The notes under the pieces are model-generated. The model had not been told where the DNA came from, did no database searches, and saw only the letters and a list, made by a program, of their open reading frames with translations. A stretch of DNA of 64,000 bases from an uncultured Alphaproteobacteria bacterium (GTDB taxonomy: Bacteria > Pseudomonadota > Alphaproteobacteria > Acetobacterales > Acetobacteraceae), in assembly GCA_963754235.1 (NCBI GenBank), contig CAVWFK010000036.1, forward strand, positions 1 through 64,000. Reading direction: 5' to 3'. Of the stretch, positions 1 through 10,955 are shown in pieces. Both the position numbers and the translations under genes were made by a program. Within the stretch, counting starts at the first letter, position 1; every line of letters begins with the position of its first letter.

Positions 1-869
1 GAAAATGCGATCCCCCCTGGCGTGATCGTCGCCTTCGCGCGGCGGGCGGAGTGGCACTGGATGTTCACCGCCGCCGGGTTCATCGTGATGTGCGTCGCCG
101 CCACCTCGACATGCACCTCGAACGCGGTGCCGCGCCCGCCTAAACCCTGCGGCCCGATGCCGAGCTCGTTGACCGCGCGCGACAGCTCCGCCTCCATCTT
201 TGCTCCCTCGGCGTCGGTGCAGCGCGATCCGACCGGGCGCGTCGCTGCGATCTTGGCCAGGTGCATGCACAAATCCGACGTGCCGCCCACGCCGACGCCC
301 ACGATGGTCGGCGGGCAGACGCGGCCGCCCGCCTCGATCACGCGGTCGATCACGAAACGCTTCACCGCGGCCACTCCATCGGCGGGGATCAGCATCTGGA
401 GAAAGGAACCGTTCTCCGATCCCGACCCCTTCGGGATCATTTCAATTTCCACCGTCTCGGCACGCTCGTCGAAATCGATGTGAATCACGGGGATGTTTGC
501 ACCGCACGAGGTATGCTCGTTGGCGCGCGTGATCGGATGCACGACCGAGGATCGCAACGGGTGCTCTCGCGTCGCCCGCGCGCAGCCCTGCCGGATCGCC
601 TGCTTCAGGGCCGGGCCGTCGAATTGCACGTCGCGGCCGATCAGCAAATTGTAGATCGGAATCCCGGTGTCCTGGCAGAGCAGGTTCTTGGTGCGCTCGG
701 CGACCGTGACGTTCTGCACGATCGTGTCCAGCACCGCCTGGCCGGTGGCGTCGGTTTCCTCGCGCCGCAGCCGCGCCAGCCCGTCCTTCACGTCGTCGGG
801 CAGCAGCTTGAGCGCGCGGATATAGAGGGTCTTGCAGACCTCCTCGATTTCGGCCGGATCAAGCTGCAT
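1..869 (-). CDS. Fe-S hydro-lyase alpha subunit (class I fumarate hydratase / L(+)-tartrate dehydratase alpha-like), 3' end outside window
   Basis: Minus-strand ATG near 869 gives 'MQLDPAEIEEVCKTLYIRALKLLPDDVKDG..'. The conserved '..LLCQDTG..' region is present and the C-terminal '..AVNIQCHSARRAKATITPGG' runs off the window start. High GC3. Absent from the ORF track because there is no in-window stop. Confidence 0.7.
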   Translation of the reverse strand, partial: MQLDPAEIEEVCKTLYIRALKLLPDDVKDGLARLRREETDATGQAVLDTIVQNVTVAERTKNLLCQDTGIPIYNLLIGRDVQFDGPALKQAIRQGCARATREHPLRSSVVHPITRANEHTSCGANIPVIHIDFDERAETVEIEMIPKGSGSENGSFLQMLIPADGVAAVKRFVIDRVIEAGGRVCPPTIVGVGVGGTSDLCMHLAKIAATRPVGSRCTDAEGAKMEAELSRAVNELGIGPQGLGGRGTAFEVHVEVAATHITMNPAAVNIQCHSARRAKATITPGGIAF

Positions 870-937
870 CGGCGCACCCTCCTGCTAGAGAACCAGTCAA
901 GGCCGGATATAGTGACCACCACGCCGCCATCCGACCC

Positions 938-1068
938 ACCGTCATGGTCGGCGAAGGCCGACCATCCACGTCTTTGGTGCGGCCGCGAAGTCGTGGATGC
1001 TCGGCCGGAGCCTGTCCTCGAGCGGGCCTTCGGCCCGACCCGGGGGCCGAGCATGACGGGGTTGGTTC
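938..1068. repeat. MITE/REP-like triple-hairpin element, copy A (long form)
   Basis: 'CCGTCATGGTCGGCGAAGGCCGACCATCCACGTCTTTGGTGCGGCCGCGAAGTCGTGGATGCTCGGCC...GGCCGAGCATGACGGGG'. It consists of nested palindromes and is one of six copies in the window. Confidence 0.6.
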
Positions 1069-1082
1069 GACCCCGTTGATTG

Positions 1083-1442
1083 TCACCCCACACCCGCGCT
1101 CAGCAAAAACAACAGCCCGCAAGCGAGGGCCGCGCCAAAGCACGCCGCCACGCTTGCCGCGGTCCGCTCCTGCCAGCCGGCGAACTCGATCGCGAGAACG
1201 CGCAGGCCGCAGCAGAGATGCACCGCGAGCGAGACCACAAGCCCGAACTCCAGCGCCTTGCCGAGCGGGTTCGCGGTCAGCGCCAGGAAACGGTCGAGCG
1301 CCGGCGCACCGGCGATCGCGGTGCCGAGCGCCGCGAAGTGCAGCGGCAGGAAGATGCTGAGCGCGATACCGGAGACGCGATGCACGACCGACGCAACCAG
1401 TCCCGGCCGCCGGCGCAGGCGAATGGCGACCGTGCCGTTCAT
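1083..1442 (-). CDS. SQR/QFR-type hydrophobic membrane anchor subunit (about 119 aa)
   Basis: Internal start 'MNGTVAIRLRRRPGLVASVVHRVSGIALSIFLPLHF...' within ORF 1083..1817, found by codon counting. Three predicted TM helices. ATGA start/stop overlap with the upstream gene. Confidence 0.55.
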   Translation of the reverse strand: MNGTVAIRLRRRPGLVASVVHRVSGIALSIFLPLHFAALGTAIAGAPALDRFLALTANPLGKALEFGLVVSLAVHLCCGLRVLAIEFAGWQERTAASVAACFGAALACGLLFLLSAGVG

Positions 1443-1768
1443 ATCGCATAGAGCCCATACGCCGCCCGCAATCCAAGCACGGCGATGACGCACGCAACCG
1501 CGACGAGCGCCGCATCGACGCCGCGCCCCGACCAGCCCGCCCACTCGCGCAGCACCGTGCGCAGGCCGATCGGTGCATGAACCGAGGCCGCGAGCACAAA
1601 CAGCGCATAGAAGGCGAAGAAAAGAAAATTGCCGCGCGTGCGGCCGAGGATTGCGCCGGCGGTCAGGCCGTGCTGTGCGGCATAGAGGATGGTCGCCAGA
1701 TGCACGGCAACCGCGACCGCGAGCACGGCCGCGGTTGCGCGCTGGGCAAGGAACAGCGCCGGGTTCAT
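1439..1768 (-). CDS. SQR/QFR-type membrane anchor subunit (about 109 aa)
   Basis: 'MNPALFLAQRATAAVLAVAVAVHLATILYAAQHG...', hydrophobic. Its ATG overlaps the stop of the Fe-S subunit gene (ATGA). Confidence 0.55.
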   Translation of the reverse strand: MNPALFLAQRATAAVLAVAVAVHLATILYAAQHGLTAGAILGRTRGNFLFFAFYALFVLAASVHAPIGLRTVLREWAGWSGRGVDAALVAVACVIAVLGLRAAYGLYAI

Positions 1769-2472
1769 CGCCGCCACGCGGCCCGCACCATCGCACGCTT
1801 GAGGCCGGCGATCGCATAGGTCGGCGCCAGGTGCTTCGGGCAATGCTCGGTGCAGCTCATGTGCGTGTGGCAGCACTGGCAGCCGCCATCGGCCGAGATC
1901 GCTGCAAGCCGCGCCGCGTCACCCCGATCGCGCACATCGTTCACCAGGCTCCAGGCACGGTTGAGCGCCGCCGGGCCGAGATAATCGGCATCCCACGCCA
2001 CCACCTCGCAGGCAGCGTAGCAGACGCCGCAGCCGATGCACTCGATCGCCGCGTCGGCGGCCCGGCGCGCGGCGCTGTCGGGGCAAACGACGGCGAAGTC
2101 GCGCGCCGGCTCCGCCCCCGGCTCGAACGCCCCGCCCGCGCGTTGCCACCTGTCGAAGAACGGCGACATGTCGACGACAAGATCCTTCACGATCGGCAGA
2201 TTGCGCAGCGGCGCCAGCGTGATCGCTCCGTCGTCGAGGCTTGCCACGCGCGTGCGGCAGGTCCAGCGCGGCTCTCCGTTCACCATCATGGCGCACGACC
2301 CGCACATGCCGACGCGACAGGCAAAGCGATAGGCCAGCGAGGCGTCCTGCGTGCGCTGGATCGCGGTCACGACGTCGAGCACGGTCTGGCTCTCCTGCCG
2401 CGCGACCGCGAAGGACTGGAAGGCGCCGTCCTCGCCGCCGCGCCAGACGCGCACGTCGAGCATCGCACTCAT
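1765..2472 (-). CDS. succinate dehydrogenase/fumarate reductase iron-sulfur subunit (SdhB/FrdB-like)
   Basis: 'MSAMLDVRVW..' with a 2Fe-2S motif 'FACRVGMCGSCAMMVNGEPRWTC', a 4Fe-4S motif 'ECIGCGVCYAAC' and a 3Fe-4S motif 'GGCQCCHTHMSCTEHCP'. About 236 aa. The start overlaps the permease stop by 4 nt. Confidence 0.85.
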   Translation of the reverse strand: MSAMLDVRVWRGGEDGAFQSFAVARQESQTVLDVVTAIQRTQDASLAYRFACRVGMCGSCAMMVNGEPRWTCRTRVASLDDGAITLAPLRNLPIVKDLVVDMSPFFDRWQRAGGAFEPGAEPARDFAVVCPDSAARRAADAAIECIGCGVCYAACEVVAWDADYLGPAALNRAWSLVNDVRDRGDAARLAAISADGGCQCCHTHMSCTEHCPKHLAPTYAIAGLKRAMVRAAWRR

Positions 2473-3344
2473 CGCTGCATCCCCCAGCGCCGCACGGTGC
2501 GCACCTCGATCGCGCGGAAGATCACGCTCTCGACCAGCAGCCCGATCACGATCACCGTCAGCAGCCCGGCGAACACGCGCGCGGTCAGCAATTCCTCGCG
2601 CGCCTCGTAGATGTACCAGCCAAGCCCGCCCGAGCGCGCCGAGACGCCGAACACCAACTCCGCCGCGATCAGCGTGCGCCACGCGAACGCCCAGCCGATC
2701 TTCAAGCCCGCCAGGATCGAAGGAAACGCCGCCGGGATCAGGATATGGACGACGTAGCGCACTCCGGAGAGGCCGTAATTGCGCCCGCTCATCCGCAGCA
2801 CCTCGGGGACCGAGCGGAAGCCGGAATTGGTGTTGAGCGCGATCGCCCACAGCGTGCCGTGGATCAGCACGAACACCATCGAGGGGATGCCGAGGCCGAA
2901 CCAGATCAAAGCGAGCGGCAGCAGTGCGATCGCCGGCAGCGGATTGAACATCGCCGTCAGCGTCGCCAAAATGTCGCTGCCGAGCTGCGTCGAGACCGCG
3001 AGCGTCGTCAGCACCGCGGCGGTCGCGACCCCCGCCGCATAGCCGATCACCAGCACTTCGAGCGAGGTGGCGATGCGATTGAGCAGCTCGCCCGTGACCA
3101 GATCGCTCACCAGGACGCTCACGGTCTCGGTCAAAGTCGGGAACAGCAGCGGGTTTCCGAGCCACATCGCATAGAATTGCCAGAGCAGCGCGAGCGCCAG
3201 CAGGATAAGCCCGCGCCGCAGCGCCAGATTGTTCTGCAGCCGCTCGAATGTCGGCAACGGCCGCACGACCGCGCCGATGCCGCTCACGTCTCCCGGCACG
3301 CGCTCGAACTCCGGGCGCAGCGGTGCGATACCGTCCGCGTTCAC
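2469..3344 (-). CDS. ABC transporter permease (NitT/TauT/SsuC-like family)
   Basis: C-terminal 291 aa of ORF 2469..3986 with multiple TM segments ('..LIPAAFPSILAGLKIGWAFAWRTLIAAELV..'). The likely GTG start overlaps the ATPase stop (GTGA). Confidence 0.75.
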   Translation of the reverse strand: MNADGIAPLRPEFERVPGDVSGIGAVVRPLPTFERLQNNLALRRGLILLALALLWQFYAMWLGNPLLFPTLTETVSVLVSDLVTGELLNRIATSLEVLVIGYAAGVATAAVLTTLAVSTQLGSDILATLTAMFNPLPAIALLPLALIWFGLGIPSMVFVLIHGTLWAIALNTNSGFRSVPEVLRMSGRNYGLSGVRYVVHILIPAAFPSILAGLKIGWAFAWRTLIAAELVFGVSARSGGLGWYIYEAREELLTARVFAGLLTVIVIGLLVESVIFRAIEVRTVRRWGMQR

Positions 3345-4129
3345 GCCACGTCCTCCGCCAGCGGCAGATCGAACAGCAGGCCGTGGATGCGCCGCGCGAG
3401 CCGGCCGATTGTGGGATCGTCGGCGCCGCGATGGCGAAACCCGTCCGAGTTCAGCTCGGCGCGCACGCGCCCCGGATGCGGCGACAGCACCAGGATGCGC
3501 GAGCCGATCAGCACCGCCTCCTCGATCGAGTGGGTGACGAACATCACGGTGAAGCGGAGCTGGTCCCACAGACCCATCAGCTCTTCCTGCATGGTGCGGC
3601 GGGTGAGCGCGTCGAGCGCCGCGAAGGGTTCGTCCATCAGCAGGATGTCGGGTGCCATCGCCATCGCCCGCGCGATCGCGACCCGCATCTTCATCCCCCC
3701 CGAGAGCATGTGCGGATAGGCGTCCGCGAACTTGGCAAGCTGCACCTTCTCCAGGATTGCCATCGCGCGGTCGCTGGCGTCGCGGCCGCGGAAGCGCCCG
3801 CTCGCGCGCATCGGGAACAGCACGTTGCCGAGTACCGTCTTCCACGGCATCAGTTGCTCGAACTCCTGGAACACCATCATCCGGTCCGGGCCGGGGCGCA
3901 CGACCGGCCGGCCGCGCAGCGCGATGCTGCCCTCGGCGGGCGCCATGAAGCCGCCGATCGCCTTCAGCAGTGTCGATTTGCCGCACCCGGAGGGGCCGAG
4001 GATCACGAACCGATCACCCGCCTCGACGGTCAGATCGACGCGCCAGGTCGCGGTGACCAGATCGTTCGGGGTCTTGTATTGCAGCGTCAGGCCGCGAACT
4101 TCGAGCAGCGGACTAGCCTCGGGCTGCAT
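3341..4129 (-). CDS. ABC transporter ATP-binding protein (NitT/TauT family)
   Basis: Walker A 'GPSGCGKST', signature 'LSGGMKMRVAIARA', Walker B 'ILLMDEPFAALD'. Start chosen at the internal 'MQPEASPLLEVRGL'. Confidence 0.85.
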   Translation of the reverse strand: MQPEASPLLEVRGLTLQYKTPNDLVTATWRVDLTVEAGDRFVILGPSGCGKSTLLKAIGGFMAPAEGSIALRGRPVVRPGPDRMMVFQEFEQLMPWKTVLGNVLFPMRASGRFRGRDASDRAMAILEKVQLAKFADAYPHMLSGGMKMRVAIARAMAMAPDILLMDEPFAALDALTRRTMQEELMGLWDQLRFTVMFVTHSIEEAVLIGSRILVLSPHPGRVRAELNSDGFRHRGADDPTIGRLARRIHGLLFDLPLAEDVA

Positions 4130-4137
4130 CGCGCCGC

Positions 4138-5151
4138 TCAGTCGCCCTTCAGCTCGCTCGCGGTTGAAGAAAAAAACACGTCTCGCCATGATCCGGGCGC
4201 ATGCGGGATCAGGCCCTGCTTTGCCATGAACGCGGCGAAGACGCCGATCTTGTGCGGATCGAGCGTCCAATGGTTCTCGGAATCCTTGAGGATTTTCACT
4301 ACATCGGCCTCAGAGAGCGCGGATGCTTTCTGCGTCTTCAGGTAGATCTGCGCCGCCTCGTCGGGGTGCTCGCGAATGAACGCTTCCGCCTGCCGCAACG
4401 CGGCCATGAAGGCCGCCACGACCTTCGGGTTCTTCTCCACGAAGCGGTTCGTCGCCCAGATGCAGTTGAAGGTGTGCGGCCCGCCCAGCACGTCGTCGCT
4501 GCTGAGCACGCGATGCACGTTCGGATGCTGCAGCTCCTCGTACATGTACGGGGCCGAGGTGAAGTGCGCGGTGATCCCCGCCTTGCCGCTCAGCATCGCC
4601 GCCATTCCGTCCGGATGCGACATCGACACGGTGAGCCTGTCGAGCTTGTGCGCGTTCGCCTCTCCGAACGCCTTGGCCGCCGCCATTTGCAGGATGATCG
4701 CCTGGATCGACACGCGCGCCGCCGGCAGCGCGATGCGGTCCTTGTCGGTGAAGCCGGCGATCGTATGCACGTTCGGGTCGATGGTATTCAGGTAGAGCGG
4801 CATCGAATTGAGCGCGGAGAGGCCCTTGACGTCGAGATTGCCGTGCGTGCGCGCCCAGATCACCAGCATCGGCGCGACCCCGCCCGACGCGAAATCCAGA
4901 TTGCCGGAGATCAGCGCCTCGTTCATCGCGGCACCGCCGGTGAAGCGCAGCCAATGCGTGGTGATGGCGACACCGCGTTGCTTGCCTTGCGTTTCCAGCA
5001 GGTTCTGCGCGCGCATCACAGTCAGCGGCAGGTAGGAAAGCCCGTATTCCTGCGCGAGCCTTACATTGACCGCCCGCGCCGAGGGCACGCCCGCCGCCAG
5101 CGTCGCGAGTGCGATGCCGAGTGCGGACAAGACCTGGCCGAGACGTCCCAT
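4138..5151 (-). CDS. ABC transporter periplasmic substrate-binding protein (NMT1/SsuA/TauA-like)
   Basis: Signal peptide 'MGRLGQVLSALGIALATLAAGVPSARA', 337 aa, SsuA/NitT-type fold features. Confidence 0.8.
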   Translation of the reverse strand: MGRLGQVLSALGIALATLAAGVPSARAVNVRLAQEYGLSYLPLTVMRAQNLLETQGKQRGVAITTHWLRFTGGAAMNEALISGNLDFASGGVAPMLVIWARTHGNLDVKGLSALNSMPLYLNTIDPNVHTIAGFTDKDRIALPAARVSIQAIILQMAAAKAFGEANAHKLDRLTVSMSHPDGMAAMLSGKAGITAHFTSAPYMYEELQHPNVHRVLSSDDVLGGPHTFNCIWATNRFVEKNPKVVAAFMAALRQAEAFIREHPDEAAQIYLKTQKASALSEADVVKILKDSENHWTLDPHKIGVFAAFMAKQGLIPHAPGSWRDVFFSSTASELKGD

Positions 5152-5213
5152 GTGCCTCCCTCCGGCGCGTTCTTGATGAGCGGCCCGAAATTAGAGCGGC
5201 GCTGCGCGAGGGG

Positions 5214-5924
5214 TCAAACCGCCACCGCCATCGCCATCGCGATCGCCGCCGCGGCTGCGCCCGGATCGGCCGCACCCGTGATCGGCCTTCCGACCACCAC
5301 CAGGTCGGCCCCGCTCGCGACCGCCTGCGCAGGTGTCGCGACCCGCGCCTGATCGCCCGCCTCGCTGCCTATCGGTCGCACGCCCGGCACCACCAGCAGC
5401 GGCGCCGGGCCGAGTGCCGCGCGGAGTGCCGCCACCTCGTGCGCGCTGCACACCAGCCCGTCGGCGCCGGCCGCGATCGCGAGCCGGCCGAGCCGCAGCA
5501 CCTGCGCCGCCGGCTCGCCTTCTACTCCCGTCGCCGCGAGCGCCGCCGCATCGAGGCTGGTCAGCACCGTCACCGCCAGCAGAAGCGGCGGATCGGCGGC
5601 CGCCGCACCCGCCTCGTGGGCCGCGGCGATCATCGCGGCGCCACCCGCCGCGTGCACCGTCAGCATCGCCGGGCGCAGCGCCAGCACCGCACGCACTGCC
5701 CCCGCAACCGTATTCGGGATGTCGTGCAGCTTGAGGTCCAGGAACAGCGGCACGCCGCTTCGCCCGGCCACCTCCCGCACGCCCGCCGGCCCGTTCGCCG
5801 CGAAAAACTCAAGGCCGAGCTTCACGCCGGCGCAATGCGGCGCGACCGCTTCGGCCCAGGCGCGCGCCTGTCGTGGATCGGCGGTGTCGAGCGCCGCGAT
5901 CAGCCGCGAGCGGCGCTCAGGCAT
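5214..5924 (-). CDS. pyrF: orotidine 5'-phosphate decarboxylase
   Basis: '..[27 protein letters not shown]..', 236 aa. Confidence 0.9.
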   Translation of the reverse strand: MPERRSRLIAALDTADPRQARAWAEAVAPHCAGVKLGLEFFAANGPAGVREVAGRSGVPLFLDLKLHDIPNTVAGAVRAVLALRPAMLTVHAAGGAAMIAAAHEAGAAAADPPLLLAVTVLTSLDAAALAATGVEGEPAAQVLRLGRLAIAAGADGLVCSAHEVAALRAALGPAPLLVVPGVRPIGSEAGDQARVATPAQAVASGADLVVVGRPITGAADPGAAAAAIAMAMAVAV

Positions 5925-5962
5925 CCGACCTCAGGCATCCGACCTCAGGCATCCGGCGGCGG
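5920..5962. repeat. 14-bp tandem repeat x3 ('GGTCGGATGCCTGA') spanning the lapA stop and the pyrF start codon
   Basis: 'ctcaggcatccgacctcaggcatccgacctcaggcatccgg' read directly from the sequence. Confidence 0.6.
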
Positions 5963-6256
5963 CAGCGGCGCGGGACGGGGCGAGAGCCGCGCCTGAAAGT
6001 CCTGCAATTCGGCCTCCAGAAGCCGCACCCGCCGCTCGGCCAGGTGCGCGCGCCGGCGCTGCACGAGGGCACTGCCCCAGACCACCAGCGCGCCCAGCAG
6101 CAGGCCGATCGCCAACCCCGCCAGCACCGCGAACGAGAGCGGCGCCTGCATCGCGAAATCGGTCGGCCAGAAGCCGAGCTGCACCGGCTGCGGGTTCGAC
6201 AGCGCGAACACGACCAGGATCAGCAGCACCGGAAACAGCACGATCATGCGCAACAC
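5945..6256 (-). CDS. LapA/DUF1049-family inner-membrane protein
   Basis: Two-TM small protein 'MLRMIVLFPVLLILVVFALS..'. Sits in the conserved position between ihfB and pyrF. Confidence 0.65.
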   Translation of the reverse strand: MLRMIVLFPVLLILVVFALSNPQPVQLGFWPTDFAMQAPLSFAVLAGLAIGLLLGALVVWGSALVQRRRAHLAERRVRLLEAELQDFQARLSPRPAPLPPPDA

Positions 6257-6271
6257 GATGGATAGCCCCGA

Positions 6272-6598
6272 TCAGGCGCTCGCGCGCTCCAGCCGTGCCG
6301 CGCCGCGCGGCTTGCCGCGATTGACCCGCTCGCGCAGTTCCTTGCCGGCCTTGAAGAACGGCACCATCTTCTCGTCAACCGGCACCGCCTCGCCGGTGCG
6401 CGGATTGCGCCCGGTGCGGGCGCCGCGACGCTTGACGGTGAAGGCGCCGAAGCCGCGCAACTCGACACGGTCGCCGCGCGAGAGGGCGGCGCCGATCTCG
6501 CTGAACACGGTGGCGACGATGGTCTCGACATCGGCCCCGCGCAGATGCGGGTTGGCGGCGGCGAGTTCCGCGATCAACTCGGACCTGGTCATCGTCAT
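6272..6598 (-). CDS. ihfB: integration host factor subunit beta
   Basis: '[44 protein letters not shown]..'. Confidence 0.85.
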   Translation of the reverse strand: MTMTRSELIAELAAANPHLRGADVETIVATVFSEIGAALSRGDRVELRGFGAFTVKRRGARTGRNPRTGEAVPVDEKMVPFFKAGKELRERVNRGKPRGAARLERASA

Positions 6599-7536
6599 TC
6601 TGCCCCCGGCCCCGAAGGCTGCCAAAGCGCCAGCGGCAAGTCAAGCATAAGTGATTGCAGCGCAACACTTTTGTCAAGGGCGCTGCCGAGCAGGGCGGGC
6701 AGGAGACTGGCCCGGACCGAGGCGAGCCAGCCTCGCTTCGGCGCCACCTTGCGCATCGGCAGCGCGGCCGGGACCGCCTTCGTGCGCGCGAGCCACGCCC
6801 GCGCCGACGGCTCGCCCCCGATCGCATCGACCAGCCCCAGCGCCAGTGCCTGCCGGCCGGTATAGGCGCGCCCGTCCGCGAGCCGCCGCACCCGGGCCGG
6901 ATCCATGTGCCGGCCGGTCGCGACCATGACCACGAACTGGTCGTAGAGATCGTCCACGATGCCTTGCAGCACCTTCTGCCCCGCCGGGCTGGTCGGGTGC
7001 AGGGGGCTCGGCTGGTCCTTGAGCGGCCCGGAGACCAGCGTGTCGGTGGTGATGCCGAGCTTGCCCAGCAGGCCCGAGACCTCGCCGGTTGCCATCAGCA
7101 CGCCGATCGAGCCGGTGAGCGTGCCTTCGCGGGCGAAGATGCGCGCCGCCGGCACCGCGACCATGTAGCCGGCCGAGGCGGCGAGCCCGCCCATCACCGC
7201 GACCACCGGCTTGACCTTCGCCACGCTCGCGATCGCGTCGTGCAACGCCTGCCCGCCGGCGACACTGCCGCCAGGACTGTCGATCGCCACGATCAGCGCC
7301 ACCGCATGGCGGTCGGTCGCGAGGGCGCCCACGCGGGCGTCGAGTGCGTCGTCCTCGGTGATGAGACCGTTGACCGCGAGCCGCGCGACGTAGCGCCCCT
7401 CCCCGGCGGCGCCGCCCAGCCGCACGAACGCGACCAGCAGCGCCGCGGCCACCGCCAGCACGGCGACGATCTGCCATGCGGCGAGACGGCGCTTGAGGCG
7501 CTGCCGCTCGCTCAGCAGATCGGCCGTGAACGGCAT
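6595..7536 (-). CDS. sppA: signal peptide peptidase SppA (36K type)
   Basis: 313 aa, N-terminal TM segment, '[11 protein letters not shown]' serine-protease motif. Confidence 0.85.
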   Translation of the reverse strand: MPFTADLLSERQRLKRRLAAWQIVAVLAVAAALLVAFVRLGGAAGEGRYVARLAVNGLITEDDALDARVGALATDRHAVALIVAIDSPGGSVAGGQALHDAIASVAKVKPVVAVMGGLAASAGYMVAVPAARIFAREGTLTGSIGVLMATGEVSGLLGKLGITTDTLVSGPLKDQPSPLHPTSPAGQKVLQGIVDDLYDQFVVMVATGRHMDPARVRRLADGRAYTGRQALALGLVDAIGGEPSARAWLARTKAVPAALPMRKVAPKRGWLASVRASLLPALLGSALDKSVALQSLMLDLPLALWQPSGPGAE

Positions 7537-7585
7537 TGTCGCGGCCCCCGCCCTCCTTTTTTTGTCGCGGCCCTCGCCGTCGGGC

Positions 7586-9349
<1,764 letters not shown>

Positions 9350-9637
9350 GTGCGTGGGTTTGTCCTATGGGCAGGGCCCGGCGGGGCCGGACCGTGTGGG
9401 CTGGCGCATCCGGCCGCGAGCGGGCTGGACACGGCTTGTCGGCGCGCTTGGCGCGGACCGGGTTGCAGCAAGAGGGCCCACGCCGGAGCCGGCGGAGCCT
9501 GCCTTGAAGAAGTATCGCGCGCGTGAGCAAAGTCAAGACGATGGCGGCGGATCAATTCCGCCGAGGCGATTCGGACGCGCGCCTCGGGCAGAAGCACGGA
9601 AGCTTGCGGTACATATCTTTGCTTGATATATTTTGCC

Positions 9638-10042
9638 ATGCCCGATGAGGCGATGCACCGCCTTCTGGACTATGATCGCCGGCGATATTGGCTGGTAAAC
9701 GGTTGGTGCATCCGCTTCCGGGTCGCCGAGGTCGCGGCCACCGCGGCGAGGCCGCACGGCATCAAGTACGCCCTTACGCTGCATGACATAGACGGAACAC
9801 GACTGCTGGGACTCGACAACGCGCACGGCGTCCCGCGTGCGCAGGCCTATGACCACCGGCATCGTTTCCGGCGGGCGGCGGAACCGATCCCTTACGATTT
9901 CCGAGGCGCGGACGAGTTGATCTGCGACTTCTTCGCCGCTGTCGAGCAAGCCTGCAAGCAGGAAGGCGTGCCATTCGAGTTTGAAGCGGAAGACGCTGAG
10001 TTGGAGATGGAGGGCAACGATGACGCGAACGTCCCTGACTGA
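9638..10042 (+). CDS. hypothetical protein, possible toxin component (DUF6516/TumE-like?) of a two-gene cassette
   Basis: ATG preceded by an AT-rich patch 'acatatctttgcttgatatattttgcc'. 'MPDEAMHRLLDYDRRRYWLVNGWCIRFRV..' has mixed composition. Overlaps the next gene by 23 nt. Confidence 0.45.
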   Translation: MPDEAMHRLLDYDRRRYWLVNGWCIRFRVAEVAATAARPHGIKYALTLHDIDGTRLLGLDNAHGVPRAQAYDHRHRFRRAAEPIPYDFRGADELICDFFAAVEQACKQEGVPFEFEAEDAELEMEGNDDANVPD

Positions 10043-10376
10043 GTTGCGGGAGGAGATGCGGGGTGTGACGCGTGGCGAGCGGCAGGCTTCGTCGCTCCCT
10101 GCGGCGCCGCTGCTCGCTGCGCTGTCTCGGGACGCGCTCGACTTGTTGGGCGTCCTGCTGCGGGAACGGCCTGCGAGCGTGACCGAGCTGGTGGCGCTGA
10201 CAGGGCGGGCGCAGCCAAATGTATCCCGGTCGCTGCAATTGCTCGCGAGGCACCGCCTGATCCGATTGGTGCGGGAAGGGCGCGAAGTCAGGCCGGAGCC
10301 GATCGCAAGCGCGGTACGGGTGGACTTGGCGACCGGCACCTATGAGACAACGCCGGCATCGGCAGCGGCGGCCTGA
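10020..10376 (+). CDS. winged-helix (MarR-like) DNA-binding protein, possible antitoxin or regulator
   Basis: '..VTELVALTGRAQPNVSRSLQLLARHRLIRLVREGREV..' HTH. Confidence 0.5.
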   Translation: MTRTSLTELREEMRGVTRGERQASSLPAAPLLAALSRDALDLLGVLLRERPASVTELVALTGRAQPNVSRSLQLLARHRLIRLVREGREVRPEPIASAVRVDLATGTYETTPASAAAA

Positions 10377-10393
10377 CTACCGGGCGCGGCGGC

Positions 10394-10624
10394 TCAGTCG
10401 CCCGCCGAGGCGATCCGGACCCGCGGCTCGGGCCGCACCGCATCCCGCACGGCTTCCTGCCAGTCCTTCGCCAGCGCCGGGTCGGCCGGTGATCCGTCAT
10501 CGAGCAGCGCCATGCCACCGAGCAGCGCGCCGAGCTGGTCGGACCCAGCCAGCGCGTACTGCCGTTCGAGGAACAGCACCATCGCCCGGTAGGCCTGCTC
10601 GGCGGTCAAAGTGGTCTTGCTCAT
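10394..10624 (-). CDS. hypothetical small protein (76 aa), possible immunity or antitoxin partner
   Basis: 'MSKTTLTAEQAYRAMVLFLERQYALAG..'. ATGA overlap with the upstream 103-aa gene. Confidence 0.4.
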   Translation of the reverse strand: MSKTTLTAEQAYRAMVLFLERQYALAGSDQLGALLGGMALLDDGSPADPALAKDWQEAVRDAVRPEPRVRIASAGD

Positions 10625-10932
10625 CGGTCCTCCCGGCGTGGCCGCAGCAGAGCGAGACCACTGCTCGGCGCAAAGTTTCGCGGCTGCGCGTTGACCCCGC
10701 CATTCACGATCTGGCCCGCCCTCGTCTTAACCCAGATTTGGGAGCCGTCGGACCGGTTGCGACCATACCACGCGTTGCCGTACCTGTCCGTGCCTCGAAA
10801 GACGGCGGCATCATTCGCCACCTCCACCAGCAACGCGCGGTTCTCCGGCGTGTCCGGGAGATGTCCCAGATCGGCGCGAAAGATGCGCCGCAACCGACCG
10901 GCGCTCTCGCTCGGCAGCGCGATGGCCGGCAT
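10621..10932 (-). CDS. hypothetical protein (103 aa), possible toxin-like
   Basis: '..FRGTDRYGNAWYGRNRSDGSQIWVKTRAGQIVNGGVN..', globular composition. No family recognised confidently. Confidence 0.4.
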   Translation of the reverse strand: MPAIALPSESAGRLRRIFRADLGHLPDTPENRALLVEVANDAAVFRGTDRYGNAWYGRNRSDGSQIWVKTRAGQIVNGGVNAQPRNFAPSSGLALLRPRREDR

Positions 10933-10955
10933 GGCAGATCGCTCAGCCGGCAGGG

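Noticed and set aside
1068-1082. 'GGGGTTGGTTCGACCCC' resembling a tRNA T-arm
   Set aside because: It is the terminal hairpin of MITE copy A. No acceptor stem or anticodon arm is present, and no tRNA-like structure was found anywhere in the window.
2241-3719. 492-aa plus-strand ORF across the ABC permease/ATPase genes
   Set aside because: Arg/Asp/His-rich low-complexity antisense translation of confirmed minus-strand genes.
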